From the NCBI GenBank assembly GCA_964019425.1, contig OZ025806.1, positions 434,001 through 498,000 on the forward strand: a DNA stretch of 64,000 bases, given 5' to 3'. Below the pieces are notes generated by a model. That model did not search any database, was not told the origin of the DNA, and saw only the letters and a list, made by a program, of their open reading frames with translations. The translations under genes and the position numbers were made by a program. Below are positions 12,262-23,657 of the stretch, one piece after another. How positions within the stretch are numbered: position 1 is the stretch's first letter; each line of letters starts with the position of its first letter. This DNA comes from Flectonema sp. DT1601. Its lineage: Eukaryota.

Positions 12262-15200
12262 ATGGGATTCCTCAGAACTACGCAGGTTAGGAGAGACTTG
12301 GTTAGGTCGTCATATATCCAATATTCAAAATGATGACAACGTTTACAAAACACTCTCGTTCTTCTGACTCATGTTTGATGAGCCATTGTAAATCATGCTT
12401 CTGCAATTCTGAGGATCTGTTTTTCTTCGTCTTCTTCTGTCTTTGAGAATCCCACTCGGTAATTGAGTACAGTCACCGTTCCAGTTTCCGGCTACGAGAA
12501 TGATTAAAAAAGAATTTGGCATTTGGCTTGAAGGTTCTCCCTGTTGATACTAAACAATTAACTACCTTAATCTAATTTGATGACTTGTGAAAAGAAAATG
12601 GATTCCCTCCTTCCTCCTGCTGTCCGACCTCACTTTAAATGATGACAACGTTTACAAAACACTCTCGTTCTTCTGACTCATGTTTGATGAGCCATTGTAA
12701 ATCATGCTTCTGCAATTCTGAGGATCTGTTTTTCTTCGTCTTCATCTGTCTTTGAGAATCCCACTCGGTAATTGAGTACAGTCACCGTTCCAGTTTCCAT
12801 CAACGAGAATGATTAAAAAAGAATTTGGCATTTGGCTTGAAGGTTCTCCCTGTTGATACTAAACAATTAACTACCTTAATCTAATTTGATGATTTGTGAA
12901 AAGAGAATGGTTTCCCTCTTTCCTCCTTCTGTCCGACTTCACTTTAAATGATGACAACGTTTACAAAACACTCTCGTTCTTCTGACTCATGTTTGATGAG
13001 CCATTGTAAATCATGCTTCTGCAATTCTGAGGATCTGTCTTTGAGAATCCCACTCGGTAATTGAGTACAGTCACCCTTCCAGTTTCCATCAACGAGAATG
13101 ATTAAAAAAGAATTTGGCATTTGGCTTGAAGGTTCTCCCTGTTGATACTAAACAATTAACTACCTTAATCTAATTTGATGATTTGTGAAAAGAGAATGGT
13201 TTCCCTCTTTCCTCTTCTGTCCGACTTCACTTTAAATGATGACAACGTTTACAAAACACTCTCGTTCTTCTGACTCATGTTTGATGAGCCATTGTAAATC
13301 ATGCTTCTGCAATTCTGAGGATCTGTCTTTCTTCTTCTTCTTCTTCTGTCTTTGAGAATCCCACTCGGTAATTGAGTACAGTCACCGTTCCAGTTTCCAT
13401 CAACGAGAATGATTAAAAAAGAATTTGGCATTTGGCTTGAAGGTTCTCCCTGTTGATACTAAACAATTAACTACCTTAATCTAATTTGATGATTTGTGAA
13501 AAGAGAATGGTTTCCCTCTTTCCTCCTTCTGTCCGACTTCACTTTAAATGATGACAACGTTTACAAAACACTCTCGTTCTTCTGACTCATGTTTGATGAG
13601 CCGTTGTAAATCATGCTTCTGCAATTCTGAGGATCTGTTTTTCTTCTTCTTCATCTGTCTTTGAGAATCCCACTCGGTAATTGAGTACAGTCACCATTCC
13701 AGTTTCCATCGACGAGAATGATTAAAAAAGAATTTGGCATTTGGCTTGAAGGTTCTCCCTGTTGATACTAAACAATTAACTACCTTAATCTAATTTGATG
13801 ACTTGTGAAAAGAGAATGGTTTCCCTCTTTCCTCCTGCTGTCCGACTTCACTTTAAATGATGACAACGTTTACAAAACACTCTCGTTCTTCTGACTCATG
13901 TTTGATGAGCCATTGTAAATCATGCTTCTGCAATTCTGAGGATCTGTTTTTCTTCGTCTTCATCTGTCTTTGAGAATCCCACTCGGTAATTGAGTACAGT
14001 CACCGTTCCAGTTTCCATCAACGAGAATGATTAAAAAAGAATTTGGCATTTGGCTTGAAGGTTCTCCCTGTTGATACTAAACAATTAACTACCTTAATCT
14101 AATTTGATGATTTGTGAAAAGAGAATGGTTTCCCTCCTTCCTCCTTCTGTCCGATTTCACTTTAAATGATGACAACGTTTACAAAACACTCTCGTTCTTC
14201 TGACTCATGTTTGATGAGCCGTTGTAAATCATGCTTCTGCAATTCTGAGGATCTGTTTTTCTTCTTCTTCTTCTGTCTTTGAGAATCCCACTCAGTAATT
14301 GAGTACAGTCACCCTTCCAGTTTCCATCGACGAGAATGATTAAAAAAGAATTTGGCATTTGGCTTGAAGGTTCTCCCTGTTGATACTAAACAATTAACTA
14401 CCTTAATCTAATTTGATGACTTGTGAAAAGAGAGTGGTTTCCCTCTTTCCTCCTGCTGTCCGACTTCACTTTAAATGATGACAACGTTTACAAAACACTC
14501 TCGTTCTTCTGACTCATGTTTGATGAGCCGTTGTAAATCATGCTTCTGCAATTCTGAGGATCTGTTTTTCTTCTTCTTCTTCTGTCTTTGAGAATCCCAC
14601 TCAGTAATTGAGTACAGTCACCCTTCCAGTTTCCATCGACGAGAATGATTAAAAAAGAATTTGGCATTTGGCTTGAAGGTTCTCCCTGTTGATACTAAAC
14701 AATTAACTACCTTAATCTAATTTGATGATTTGTGAAAAGAGAATGGTTTCCCTCCTTCCTCCTTCTGTCCGACTTCACTTTAAATGATGACAACGTTTAC
14801 AAAACACTCTCGTTCTTCTGACTCATGTTTGATGAGCCATTGTAAATCATGCTTCTGCAATTCTGAGGATCTGTTTTTCTTCGTCTTCATCTGTCTTTGA
14901 GAATCCCACTCGGTAATTGAGTACAGTCACCATTCCAGTTTCCGGCTACGAGAATGATTAAAAAAGAATTTGGCATTTGGCTTGAAGGTTCTCCCTGTTG
15001 ATACTAAACAATTAACTACCTTAATCTAATTTGATGATTTGTGAAAAGAGAATGGTTTCCCTCTTTCCTCCTGCTGTCCGACTTCACTTTAAATGATGAC
15101 AACGTTTACAAAACACTCTCGTTCTTCTGACTCATGTTTGATGAGCCATTGTAAATCATGCTTCTGCAATTCTGAGGATCTGTTTTTCTTCGTCTTCATC

Positions 15201-16809
15201 TGTCTTTGAGAATCCCACTCAGTAATTGAGTACAGTCACCATTCCAGTTTCCATCAACGAGAATGATTAAAAAAGAATTTGGCATTTGGCTTGAAGGTTC
15301 TCCCTGTTGATACTAAACAATTAACTACCTTAATCTAATTTGATGATTTGTGAAAAGAGGATGGTTTTCCTTTTTTTCTTTTTTTTCCCACGACTTTACT
15401 TTAAATGATGATATCGCTTACAAAACACAACAGAGCTGCTATTCATTGTTTTCTATTGTTGTTGGTTTTGAATTTGTTTTCTCACATCAATTCTCAACCA
15501 TCAGAATTCTACAATGCCTATGGACAAGGCTTTTGAGGTTTATCGGGCCTTGTCCCGAGATGGGGCTGTCACGTATGGTGTCTTTTCATCATTTATGCAA
15601 AAGAATGACTTAGGACTTGACAGTGAAGCAATAAATGAATTATTTGAGGGAGCTGATGGTAATAAAAATGGTATTATATCTCCTAATGGATGGAGCGCTT
15701 TGTGTGCTAATTATCCTACTTTAATGGACTGTGTTTATCATAAGGAAAGAGATAGGCAATTTGAGGAAGGTTTTAGAACGTCAGAAGAACAAGCAGGTTT
15801 GCAATGTGAAAGAGCTATTGGACTCGAAGAAAGTCTTCGTAAAAACTGCATCGAAACTGGAAGAGATGCGGAAATAGCATCTGAAACACTATACCAACAA
15901 GAAGAGATTGTCATTGCGTCAATGTCACTTGACGAGGAGTGTAAGTCAGCTTTACAACATGCAAAACAAGCATCGGACTTGGGCAGAGAAAATCTAAAAA
16001 GCGCAATGCAAAAACTCGGTAGAGCAAAGAATACAACCACTACCACACGAGTGGCAATTCAGAAAGAAGAAAAACAAATTCAAGCAACAGAGATAGGAAT
16101 GCAGACGAAATTAAAAGAAGTTCAAAGCGCTGTAAGTCGGTTAAAAGCGATTGAAAAGCTACTCGCTGATCAAAGACTTATCGTTGAGGTAGCAATGACT
16201 GAAAGTGAAGGAATGCAATCAATAATTACCAAGTCATCCGATCAGATTCACATATTACAGAGAGAAGTTGCTTCACAAGAAGCTGACGAAGAAGATCTAA
16301 AAATCGAAGTCGTTGCGATGGAGAGCAAATCAGCAGAACTATCCCGCATGCTTTCCATGGCTGAGAGGAATCTGAGAGAATCTGAGTCTAATTCCACTTC
16401 GGAGACAAAAAAAAAATCTGAACAACAAATTCGACTCAAAACTCTTATGGCAATCGATTCTGAGAAACAAAAACAACTCGACTCTGCTTCTAATGCCGTT
16501 CTACTTGCACAGCAACGAAGAAATCAAATAAGTGAAGAAGAAGAGGCGTACATTCGTCGTCGATACGACGAGCATCGCGAAGAACTACAACTTCTACAGC
16601 AGGAGGTTTGACTATTATTTTTACTGAATTACGGTTTCGATTGTTCTCACCCCCCTCGGGTATTGAGTTGTCTTTTACTTTTCTAAAATAAAACAAAACA
16701 GATCGTATTACGTCGTCAGAGGAACAGTCTTCTTCAGAAGGAAGCTCTCTTGAGGAGGAATTTCTCGTCTTTCGACAGAACGACACCTCTCACTCCACGA
16801 CTTCGGTAG
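12262..16809 (+). CDS. EF-hand + long coiled-coil hypothetical protein; tentative join(12262..12285,15505..16605,16702..16809); alternative start at 15514
   Basis: ORF 15514-16611 has an EF-hand-like loop (DGNKNGIISPNG) followed by heptad-rich sequence. Intron 16606-16701 (GTTTGA...AAAACAAAACAG) continues in frame LLQQE|IVLRRQRNSLLQKEALLRR...LR*. The 8-codon first exon MGFLRTTQ joins in frame across the repeat array but is less certain. Confidence 0.7.
12326..12415 (+). ncRNA. Box C/D snoRNA A (copy 1 of 10): dual guide, SNORD59/snR54-like for SSU rRNA plus a 5.8S rRNA guide
   Basis: Box C ATGATGA 12330-12336, D' CTGA 12364-12367, C' TGATGA 12376-12381, D CTGA 12409-12412. D' guide ACACTCTCGTTCTT is antisense to the SSU motif AAGAACG(A/R)AGU. 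D guide TTCTGCAATT is antisense to the 5.8S motif AAUUGCAGAA. Repeated in every array unit. Confidence 0.9.
12328..15428 (+). repeat. Tandem array of 10 full ~309-bp units plus a degenerate partial 11th
   Basis: TGATGACAACG unit starts at 12331, 12640, 12949, 13237, 13549, 13858, 14167, 14476, 14785, 15094 (spacings 309 except 288 and 312), with a decayed start at 15406. Differences concentrate in two pyrimidine-rich linkers. Confidence 0.98.
12494..12588 (+). ncRNA. Box C/D snoRNA B (copy 1 of 10) with variant boxes, antisense to LSU rRNA UUAAGGUAGCCAAAUGCC
   Basis: Box C variant ATGATTA at 12500 (other copies 12809, 13098, 13409, 13718, 14027, 14336, 14645, 14954, 15263). Guide GGCATTTGGC precedes D' TTGA (12528-12531), then C'-like TGATAC and a second antisense element CTACCTTAA. 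Box D variant ATGA 12580-12583; terminal stem ACGAG/YTTGT. Confidence 0.75.
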
Positions 16810-17490
16810 TGAGGTTGAGTATCATTTTGGTTAGGAGTGTTTGGATGAAAGAGAGAGAGAGAGAGAGAAGTCACTTCTGATCCTGTAATTGTTTGACTGA
16901 ATAAGTGACAGTCGAAGATGGTACTTCAGCAGTTTAGTCGAAAGTGGGTAACCTCCACTCTCTCATCGTCTCTCGGAATGGGTGAAGGGTAAGAGAGTCG
17001 TCAGTCTTAGATTAGAGTTATTACGTAGAAACAATACAAACATACCATAATGTCTCTCTTTTTATCCCCCGTTCCTTCTCCTTGGTTATTCTTTTTTGAA
17101 GAAACGATTTCAGCTTTTCAAAAAAAAAAAAAAAAAAGATAACTTTTCAGTTTCCCCATTTCCCTCTGGGAAAAAAAAAAAAAAAAAAAAAGAGCAGAGT
17201 CCAAAGGTTCCTCTTTTTCTTACTAGAATTGTATTGTTTGTTAGTATACGCTATCTGTTCTATTATTGATTTGTAGTATTTTCGTTTATTTATCTTTCAT
17301 TCTTTTTGAACAGGTTTCACTAAAGAATCTAATTGACGACTGCGAACCTTTTGCTTCTCTTTTTCCCAAATGTTCCCGAATGTTGTAATTTAAGCCATAT
17401 CTTACTCTCTCAGGGGATCCCATCGCCACCAGTCCCCCATAACTATTCAAACTATCGAATGTAATAAGCAGACGTGTTGTAAACAAGATA

Positions 17491-20400
17491 ATGTCAAGTC
17501 TAGTTCCACACAATGAAATAATGAACCTACTTGAGGAGCAGATGAGAGAAGCATCAGCGATGAGAGCAGCTGAAGAAGAACGTGAAAAAGAAAGTGTTTT
17601 GATGCAACAGCGATTGGGTAATGTTTATCACAGAATGATTACTCAACAAAGAAACCAGACTGTTGTAAATCAACAAACAGGTTACAGTTCTTCTTTTAGT
17701 AAAGTTCAACAAATGCCTTCTCCAATCAGAAGGGAGAGAGATGGTTATCAACAGTTTCAACATTCTCATAATGTGTCAGCTGTTTCTAGTTCGGTGTTCA
17801 CGTACTCTCCGCTTTCTGTTAGTAATGATACAACTGTTAGTTCAAGTGCTGCTACAGTAGCTAGACGAAGGACAGTTCCAGCTCCGTTGGGAAGTGGTCA
17901 AAATGAAGTCTTTGAAAGCCGTGGTAGACCAAGTATCGTTAGAAAAACTCACACAGAACACCATTCCGAACCACTTCCTTTGCCTCAGCCGCAGCATGCG
18001 CAAAACGTTTCCGGTCCTTATCGTAATCAGCATCTTGAAGGGAATCCTGTTGGTGTTGTTGCTTCGCAGCAACAGCAGCAGCATCAGCAGCAGCAACAAC
18101 TGCAGCCTGTACGGAATCGAATGGCCTCTCCTAAAACACCCCCACGATGGCAGGTCACTGGTTCCAACACTACTCGTTCACCCGTAACCAGATCCCCATC
18201 ACCAGCTGGGAAACTTTCACCAAACAGAAAACGAAACCGTCCAGAAGCCCCATTTCAAAAAGGTATTCAAAGCACGAGGGAAACCCTCGCCTCGCCAGCC
18301 ATGGATGTATTACGTTGTTATGAAGTACAAGTTTCTGCACAACACAGTGGGATTACTGCAGCGTTGGTTGTGTTAGCAGCAGCTGAGGTCAGACAGGAAA
18401 TTGGGATTTTACCATCACCGTCTAGGGTAGAATACGCGCCAGGTTCGATTCTCGTTATAAAACAAGGTTACTATGAGAGTAAGCAAGGAACTCTTGAGGG
18501 ATATGAAAATGGATTTTTACTACTGAGCGGATTGGGTGAAGAACTCGTGATGGAACATCCTCACAATGTAGTTCCTTTAACATGGTCTGAGTGGCAACCT
18601 GCTACCGTACCTGACGGTTTGAATGTTCAGTCACCTGATCCAGTAGCAGCTAACATTCCTCCAAGTACGACTGATACTTCTGTTTCTTTTGATACTTCTT
18701 ATTCTCAGGGAGCATCTCAACTAGAGAAAGGGTTCACACAATACTTCAATGGTGCTAATAAGGAACTTGGTGTACCTCAGTCTCCTCCTCCTCAAGCAGT
18801 TGCTTTGTCAAAAGAAGTTGCAAAACATCCTCGCATGACTAAATCTGCTCTCATCCGTAGAGAGCTTGGTAAAGATGCTAGGGACAAGAATCAACGATCT
18901 ACTACACCAAAGAAATACTACACCAGTAAAGAGATGACACAGAGACCTGTTAGTGTTGGGAGGAGATCGAAGAGTGCTTCGGCGAGTCCACAGCAGTTAG
19001 AATTGTCTGGTCGGACTCAAAAAAAGCTTTGTTTCTCTGACTTAGCTGAAGACACACAAAACACTTCAATCGCCAACATTACATCTCCTGCTTTGGGAAG
19101 TAGTTTGCGAAGTCAGCATACGATGTATGCAGAGCGATCCTCTCTTAGACAGACAGACACCCCGAATGTTAATATTACTCCTCCTCCTCCTGTTGAGGAT
19201 TCTCAATTGGATCCGAGATCAACTTTTACAAACAATTCCGCCATTCGAACCCAAGAGTGGCATCGCCAACGAGCATCTGTAGATGCCCATCGATATTACG
19301 TCGAATCTTCTTCATTGCAACAGAGTCCTGTTGTTGACGAAACCATTACTTGTCCAGAGGCTTTTATACCACCAGACTCACCAGCACTGAGAGACTCTAA
19401 CGCTGATGCGTATAGCCCGCCTTACAGTAATTCACCTGTTGGTAGACAAAAGACTTTAGGGAGTTTATTAGATTCTCAGCTGAGTCCAATCCCGAGAGAG
19501 AATGGAAGTCCCATAGGAGGGAATTCTTGGTCGCCATCACCTCTTGGACCAGGTGGTCGAAGAGGAGGAAGTATGGAAACACCTAGACAGCGATTATCTT
19601 ACGGAACTGCCTCAGTCCCTTCAACTATTGGTGAAAAGATCTCGGTATCTCAACCAAGAACAGTACCACTTCATAAGCAACAACATCAACAGCAGCCAAG
19701 ACAGAGTTATCAACCTCCGACAGTATCAAGAAAAGAAGTCACGAAAACTATTAAAGTGGTTAAGAAGCCTTATGTTCCAGTGACGAATTCGGCATCACCA
19801 GAGTTTAAAGATTACGATTCGTACCAACGGGTGCGGGTAGCTGAAGTTGACGAAGATTACTGTCAACCAGACGCTCTGTCTTCTGATGAAGAAATCACTT
19901 CAGTTTCAAGTCCTTACGTCCTCTCACGAACAGTCATCTCTTTGAGAGAAGAAGAAGCTTTAAAAAGAAAAATTTGTTCTACTGAAGAAGCCTCAAAACG
20001 ATCTCTTATTTTAGAAAAGAAATCAACAGAAGCGGAAGGAATATTTGTTATCCAACACGCACGTACTTCATTAACAAGAACAGAAGCATCAGCGCGTGCT
20101 AATATAACAAAACAATATCTTACATCTGTTGACTCTTTGAGATTACTTCATCAAAAGAGAAATAGACTCCTAGTTAGACGGAGTCCTGAAAGGAGGTCAC
20201 CACCTGCGACAGTTGTTAGAAAGCAACCAACAAACCCGTTGGTGATCGAACATCAGATTCAATTTTTAATTATTGAGGAACAGGCGACCAGACATTCAAC
20301 TCGAAAAGACCAACAGGAGCATCGAGTGCAGCTGCGGAAATTAAAAGAAGTCGACTTGGCGAAGGTATTCGACCGAGAACAGAGATTATCTCACTCTCCT

Positions 20401-22789
20401 GGACAGAAAACTCAAATTCAAATTCAGAGAGAAGCTCGAATGAAGAACGTAAAACCTGTTAAGTTTAGTTTACTTAGTGGAAAGGTTGACTTTTCATCAT
20501 CTCATCAAACAAAGATTAGCCACCGTAAAGATGAGTTGGAGAACAGTAACAGCATTTTGTCATCTGGTGACGTAAATTTCTACTCTGACTACGGACTGGT
20601 TTCAACTTACGAAAATAATCTCGTCTACAAGGACGTGACGACTCCCACTAGAGTCAAACAAGAGTCAACAGCGACACCACAACCGAGAGTTTCCAATCCG
20701 TCTCAGCGTCTTTTTGGTCGTAAAAATCGGTCTTCTGTCAGCACCGCCAGAGCAGCACCAGGACGGTCCATATTAGGATTTAGTAATCTAATGCTTAGTG
20801 ACAGTAGTGAGTCTGAAGATGATGACGATCCAGAAACTGAAAAAATGGCCAGTGTTGCTCGACTTTCAAACTTCACCACGACGCTCATTGAGGCAACAGC
20901 ACCCTCTCCTGGGAATCCGTTGGCCACAGAGCAACAGCAAGAGAAAGAACTCGCGTCTATTCTCGATAGGGAGAATGCTGCTCTAAGAGCTGCCATCATG
21001 AAGCTCAACGCTGAGAATGCTCTCAAAGATGCTCAGATCGCATCTTTGCGAAGCCCATCTCGCGACGCCAGCGACCACCAGTCTCAGCCCCGCGTCCGTC
21101 CACAACCAGACGCGGTATCTCAGAGTCACATTGCACAGCAGAAGGAGCGTCGAGCAGCCCAAGAAAAACGAGACTCCGAGCGTAAAGAACGTGAACTCGC
21201 CACCCAAAAGAAACGCGATGAGGAAACCGCTGTCCGAAAAGCCCAGCAAGAGCGTCGAGAGGCAGAGCGCAAAGCCGAGCATGAGCGAAAAGACGCTGCC
21301 AAAAAGGCTGCCCTTCAACAACAAGAAGCCAAAAAACGTGAAAAAGCCGCAGCCGAAGAGCAACGTCAAGCAGAAAAAAAGGCCGCAGCAGAAGATGAAA
21401 AGAAAGCAGCGGAAGAGAAGGCTGCTGAGAAAAAACAACAGGCCACAGCCGAGAAAAAGGCAGCTGAAGAGCGAAAGGAAACTGCAGAAAGAGAAGCCTC
21501 TGAGAGAAAAGCTGCCGAAGAACGCAAAGCGGCGGAAGAGAGGAAAGCTGCTGATGAACGCAAGGTGGTGGAAGAGAGGGAAGCTGCGGAACAGAAGGAA
21601 GCCTCCGAAAAGGAAGCGGCAGAAGAACTCAAAGCTGCAGAAGAACTCAAAGCAGCAGAAGAACTCAAAGCAGCAGAAGAACTCGAAGCAGCAGAAGAAC
21701 TCAAAGCTGCAGAGGAAAAAAAGGCTACGGAGGAGCGCAGTGCAGCTGAAGAAGTCATCAGGAGAGCAGCGGAGGAACGCAAAGCAACTGAGGAAAGAGA
21801 AGCTTTGGAAATGGAAGAACGCCGGGCAGCGGAGGAAAAGGAAGCCGCTGACAAGAAGGCAACAGAGGAACGCAAGGCAGCGGAAGAGCGCAAAGCATCT
21901 GAGGAACGGAAGGCAAACGAGGAACGCAAAGCAGCTAAGGAAAGAGAAGCTGCTGAACAAAAAAGGGCGACTGAGGACGCAGATCAGGCAAGGAGACAAG
22001 AAGAGATAGCAGCTGCTCGGAAGGAGGCCGAACGTGCAGCAGAGAAGCGAGCAGCTGGAGAACGCCTGGCAGCTGAGGCAGACCGAAAGGAAATGGAGAG
22101 GAAGGCTGCCAGGGAACAACAGACTCGCGAGGCAGCCTCCCGACAGCGTGGCACTGATTCCAAAACCCCTTCGAAGTCCAGTTCGAAGTCCTATGCGAAG
22201 TTTAGCAGCGGGCAGAATAATTATTTCTTCGTTGTTAACGGTACACCTGACTGGAACATACCTAAAGGTATCGATTGGTTCCTCTGTAAGGGGGGCCCAG
22301 ACGATGGACGAACTCGCTCGGCTGAGTCCTTCATTGACTCGAGACCCAATGCTGCACGAACTTCCGGTATGTCTGCTATCTGATGACTCTGGTTTCTTAT
22401 GTTTTACTTTATCACTAAAATACCACACACAGCTTCAAAGCCACCAGCGAAACAGGCCGAGAAGCCGCAACCACAGCAGCCACCGCCAGAGGTAAAACCG
22501 CAACCAAAGCCTGAGCCAAAGGTTCAGCCAAAGCCAGTACCAAAAGCAAAACATGATGCGGCAAACACGTCAACCTCTTCTGAAAGCGGGTCTGAGTTGG
22601 TTCGTCCAACAAGGCAAAATGTAAATGACATGTCTTCTGAGTATGTGATTTTATCTTATTTGTAATTACCGTACCGTAGGAAGTATTCTTATTTAGCAAC
22701 CTCCCCACAGTGATGATGACACTAGTGATGATGACGACACAAGCTCAAGTGGTTCCAACTTCTACGAAGTAGAGTCTTCCAAGAGCTAA
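17491..22789 (+). CDS. Large low-complexity protein with E/K/A/R-rich helical repeat region; join(17491..22366,22433..22640,22711..22789)
   Basis: 1630-codon ORF. Two GTATGT introns (22367-22432 ending CCACACACAG; 22641-22710 ending CCTCCCCACAG) connect in frame to ASKPPAKQ... and DDDTSDDDD...SSKS*. No family recognised. Confidence 0.85.
21619..21708 (+). repeat. Coding minisatellite, 5 x 18 bp (AEELKA)
   Basis: GCAGAAGAACTCAAAGCW repeated five times (one unit with a K-to-E substitution) inside a longer ERKAAE-type repeat region. Confidence 0.9.
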
Positions 22790-23657
22790 GTATTTTAACT
22801 TGAAAAGTTAATTTGTAATTAAAAGACAGTTCCTGTATTTAGAGAAACAAAATGATAATTAAATTAGAGCTCCAGTTCGGGTTTTTCTTTTCCCCAAAAA
22901 TCGTAACTTATAGACCACATAGACTCCGTAAAAACACTTTTTTGTTTTCTAATTTTTTTTAAAAATTTTTCCCTCTTTTTTCTGTTTCGTGCCATGTGAT
23001 TTTGAACGGCAGCCTATTGTTGGTTTTATTCACTTCAAAGTGCAAAGTAATAGCTGTCTTAAACCCCCACGTTCGATGTACTATATCGATGTCAGCTATT
23101 TGATTTTTACATTGCAATCAAGTTTTGGGGAAAAAAAAAAAAAAAAAAAAAAAAAAAGTCAGTTTTAAGTCGCTTTACATTTCACTTTCCTTCTTCTCGC
23201 AAGAGTGACGCACTAGGATGAGACTTAATGAGAACGGTCTCTTTTTTGTTGCTAACTGTTCTTTGTGTGTGGGAAAAAAAAAAAAAAAAAAAATGAAAAC
23301 TTTTACTGACTATCATATTTTTAGTTCATAGGTTTGTTTTTGTACCTACAAGTCCATTGTTCTGTAGAAAGAGAACTGTAGCGTAACTACAAATAAAACC
23401 AAAATGTTAGTAAAAAAAGTGAACTTGGCCGATTCTTTTTAATGTTTGTTTCAATTAGTTTATTTTGTTGTCCAAAAAGTGAATACTTTAGTTGGATTAT
23501 TTGAAACTGTTATTATGGTTCTTTCAGTTAAAAAATAAAATGCAACGATGAATTTTTCAACTCAGGTTCAGAGCATATTACTGATTTTTTATTTTTTTAT
23601 TTTTCTATAAAGCTGGACACTGCCTAGAGAAGTGTTCACACACATTAAAACAAGAGA

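Noticed and set aside
12211..12296. HDV-like ribozyme or AGA-box RNA from the crossing stems GGAATCC/GGATTCC and CCTGC/GCAGG
   Set aside because: Element spacing does not fit the HDV fold and there is no clear pseudouridylation pocket. The patch is better explained as a first exon.
12328..15428. Array as a CRISPR locus, coding repeat, or spliced-leader/5S rRNA repeat
   Set aside because: No unique spacers or cas genes. No long ORF despite the unit length being a multiple of 3. No SL exon or 5S motif recognised, whereas C/D boxes and rRNA-antisense guides explain the conserved parts.
20983..22428. 481-aa antisense ORF and 330-aa alternative-frame ORF
   Set aside because: Shadows of the repetitive E/K/A-rich coding region of the 17491 gene.
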